A stretch of 25,655 bases of DNA, from assembly GCA_037439545.1 (NCBI GenBank), contig JBBIVV010000034.1:1-25655 (forward strand), given 5' to 3'. Positions 24,273 to 25,655 of this stretch are shown here, one piece after another. A program made the translations under genes and the position numbers. Source of the DNA: a bacterium (lineage in GTDB: Bacteria > JAMCPX01). Within the stretch, counting starts at the first letter, position 1, and each line of letters begins with the position of its first letter. The notes under the pieces are model-generated. The model was not told the origin of the DNA and ran no database searches. It worked only from the letters and a program-made list of their open reading frames with translations.

Positions 24273-25570
24273 TTCTCAGAGAAGTTGAAAGTTATACAAA
24301 GGTGCAGCTCGATGAGATCAAGCTGAACAAGCTGAAGTGGGTCATCGGCTGGGTCTATGACAGGGTGCCTTTCTACAAACAGAGGTTCGACAAAATAGGC
24401 TTGAAACCTCATCATATAAAAACTCTGAAGGACATAGAGCATATTCCTTTTACGACAAAGAGCGATCTACGGGACAACTATCCGTTCGGCATGTTTGCAG
24501 TGCATATGGACGATGTCGTGAGGATACATGCATCATCAGGCACAACAGGTAAACCGACGGTCGTCGGGTATACGCGCAGTGACATAGACACATGGGCAGA
24601 GCTTATGGCACGGGCGCTTGCATCGGCGGGCGTTCACAAGGGAGATATTCTTCAAAACGCCTACGGCTACGGCTTGTTTACCGGCGGACTCGGCATTCAT
24701 TACGGTGCAGAGAAGCTCGGTGCTGCCGTTATCCCTATGTCTGGCGGCAATACACAGAAACAGGTCATGCTGATGCAGGACTTCGGTACAACCGTGCTGA
24801 CCTGCACGCCTTCATATGCACTCAATATCGTCGAGGTCGCAAAGGAAATGGGTGTCAGGATAGAGTCGCTTAAACTCAAGGCAGGTGTGTTCGGCGCAGA
24901 GCCGTGGACAGAGAACATGAGGAAAGAGATAGAAGAAAAATTGAACATCGACGCTATCGATATATACGGCTTGAGCGAGATTTTGGGGCCGGGTGTTGCC
25001 GTGGAATGCATCGAAGCAAAAAAAGGACTTCATGTGTTCGAAGACCATTTCCTGTCCGAGGTCATCGATCCGGACAAGCTGGTACCGCTTTCTTATGGAG
25101 AAAAAGGCGAGCTGGTGATCACGACCCTCACAAAAGAGGCAATCCCCCTGATTCGGTACAGGACAAGGGATGTGACAAGGCTCGAAGCAGAGCCTTGCCT
25201 GTGCGGCAGAACAACCGCGCGCATGTCGAGGATCACGGGCAGAACGGATGACATGCTCATCATACGGGGCGTCAATGTCTTCCCGTCGCAGATCGAAAGT
25301 GTTATCCTGAAAGCTGACGGCATAGAGCCTTATTACCAGCTCATTGTGGATAAAGAGGGACACATGGATACACTTGAAGTGCGGATAGAGCTCAACGGCC
25401 GGATCAAGTTCGATGAGATCGAGGTCGTCGGGACCATGGAGAAAAAGCTCGAGCACGACATCAAGGACTATCTCGGCGTCAATGCAAAGGTAAAGCTCGT
25501 GGAGCCCAAGAGCATCGAACGCAGCGCAGGCAAAGCAATCAGGGTCATAGATAAGCGGAAGAAATCCTAA
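24269..25570 (+). CDS. paaK: Phenylacetate--CoA ligase
   Basis: [63 protein letters not shown] and [12 protein letters not shown] overlap with iorB. Confidence 0.93.
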   Translation: MILREVESYTKVQLDEIKLNKLKWVIGWVYDRVPFYKQRFDKIGLKPHHIKTLKDIEHIPFTTKSDLRDNYPFGMFAVHMDDVVRIHASSGTTGKPTVVGYTRSDIDTWAELMARALASAGVHKGDILQNAYGYGLFTGGLGIHYGAEKLGAAVIPMSGGNTQKQVMLMQDFGTTVLTCTPSYALNIVEVAKEMGVRIESLKLKAGVFGAEPWTENMRKEIEEKLNIDAIDIYGLSEILGPGVAVECIEAKKGLHVFEDHFLSEVIDPDKLVPLSYGEKGELVITTLTKEAIPLIRYRTRDVTRLEAEPCLCGRTTARMSRITGRTDDMLIIRGVNVFPSQIESVILKADGIEPYYQLIVDKEGHMDTLEVRIELNGRIKFDEIEVVGTMEKKLEHDIKDYLGVNAKVKLVEPKSIERSAGKAIRVIDKRKKS

Positions 25571-25578
25571 CAATGCCG

Positions 25579-25608
25579 TTCCCGCACAAACGGGAATCCG
25601 GTTTTTTT
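25579..25608 (+). terminator. Probable intrinsic terminator / half REP after paaK
   Basis: TTCCCG-CACAAA-CGGGAA hairpin followed by TCCGG and a T7 run; resembles one half of the 14378 REP. Confidence 0.55.
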
Positions 25609-25630
25609 AAATGGAGGTTATATTTGTGAC

Positions 25631-25655
25631 ATGAATTATGAGCTTCAGGCAACTG
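25631..25655 (+). CDS. Possible start of the next gene (MNYELQAT...), truncated by the window edge
   Basis: ATG 25631 is open to the edge; GGAGG at 25613-25617 is rather far upstream. Confidence 0.3.

Overview
Gene-dense bacterial chromosomal segment of moderate GC (roughly 45-50% by eye). Its gene content suggests an anaerobic deltaproteobacterial or Myxococcota-related organism (inference). Left arm, minus strand: a one-carbon/CoA operon folD-metV-metF-gcvT-gcvH-gcvPA (no gcvPB)-thiolase-CoA-type Nudix. It is followed by a membrane M28 peptidase, an orphan 8-Cys lipoprotein and an MliC+DUF333 lipoprotein that runs off the window edge and is absent from the ORF track. Centre: a lone WcaJ-like priming sugar transferase, a ~250-bp terminal-inverted-repeat element, glnD, a REP-like palindrome, xerD, an acyl-CoA thioesterase and a secreted GH15-like hydrolase with a MYXO-CTERM-like tail. 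Right arm, plus strand: a tightly coupled operon of two PilZ-like (TIGR02266-type) proteins, a pentapeptide-repeat fusion protein, a metallophosphoesterase, aroF, iorA, iorB and paaK. Many intergenic gaps carry palindromic or 9-bp periodic repeats. No rRNA, tRNA, CRISPR array or transposase was recognised. The best candidates for undescribed biology are the PilZ-PilZ-pentapeptide-phosphoesterase module, the Cys-rich lipoprotein locus, the surface-anchored atypical GH15, and the 9-bp intercistronic repeats plus the TIR element.
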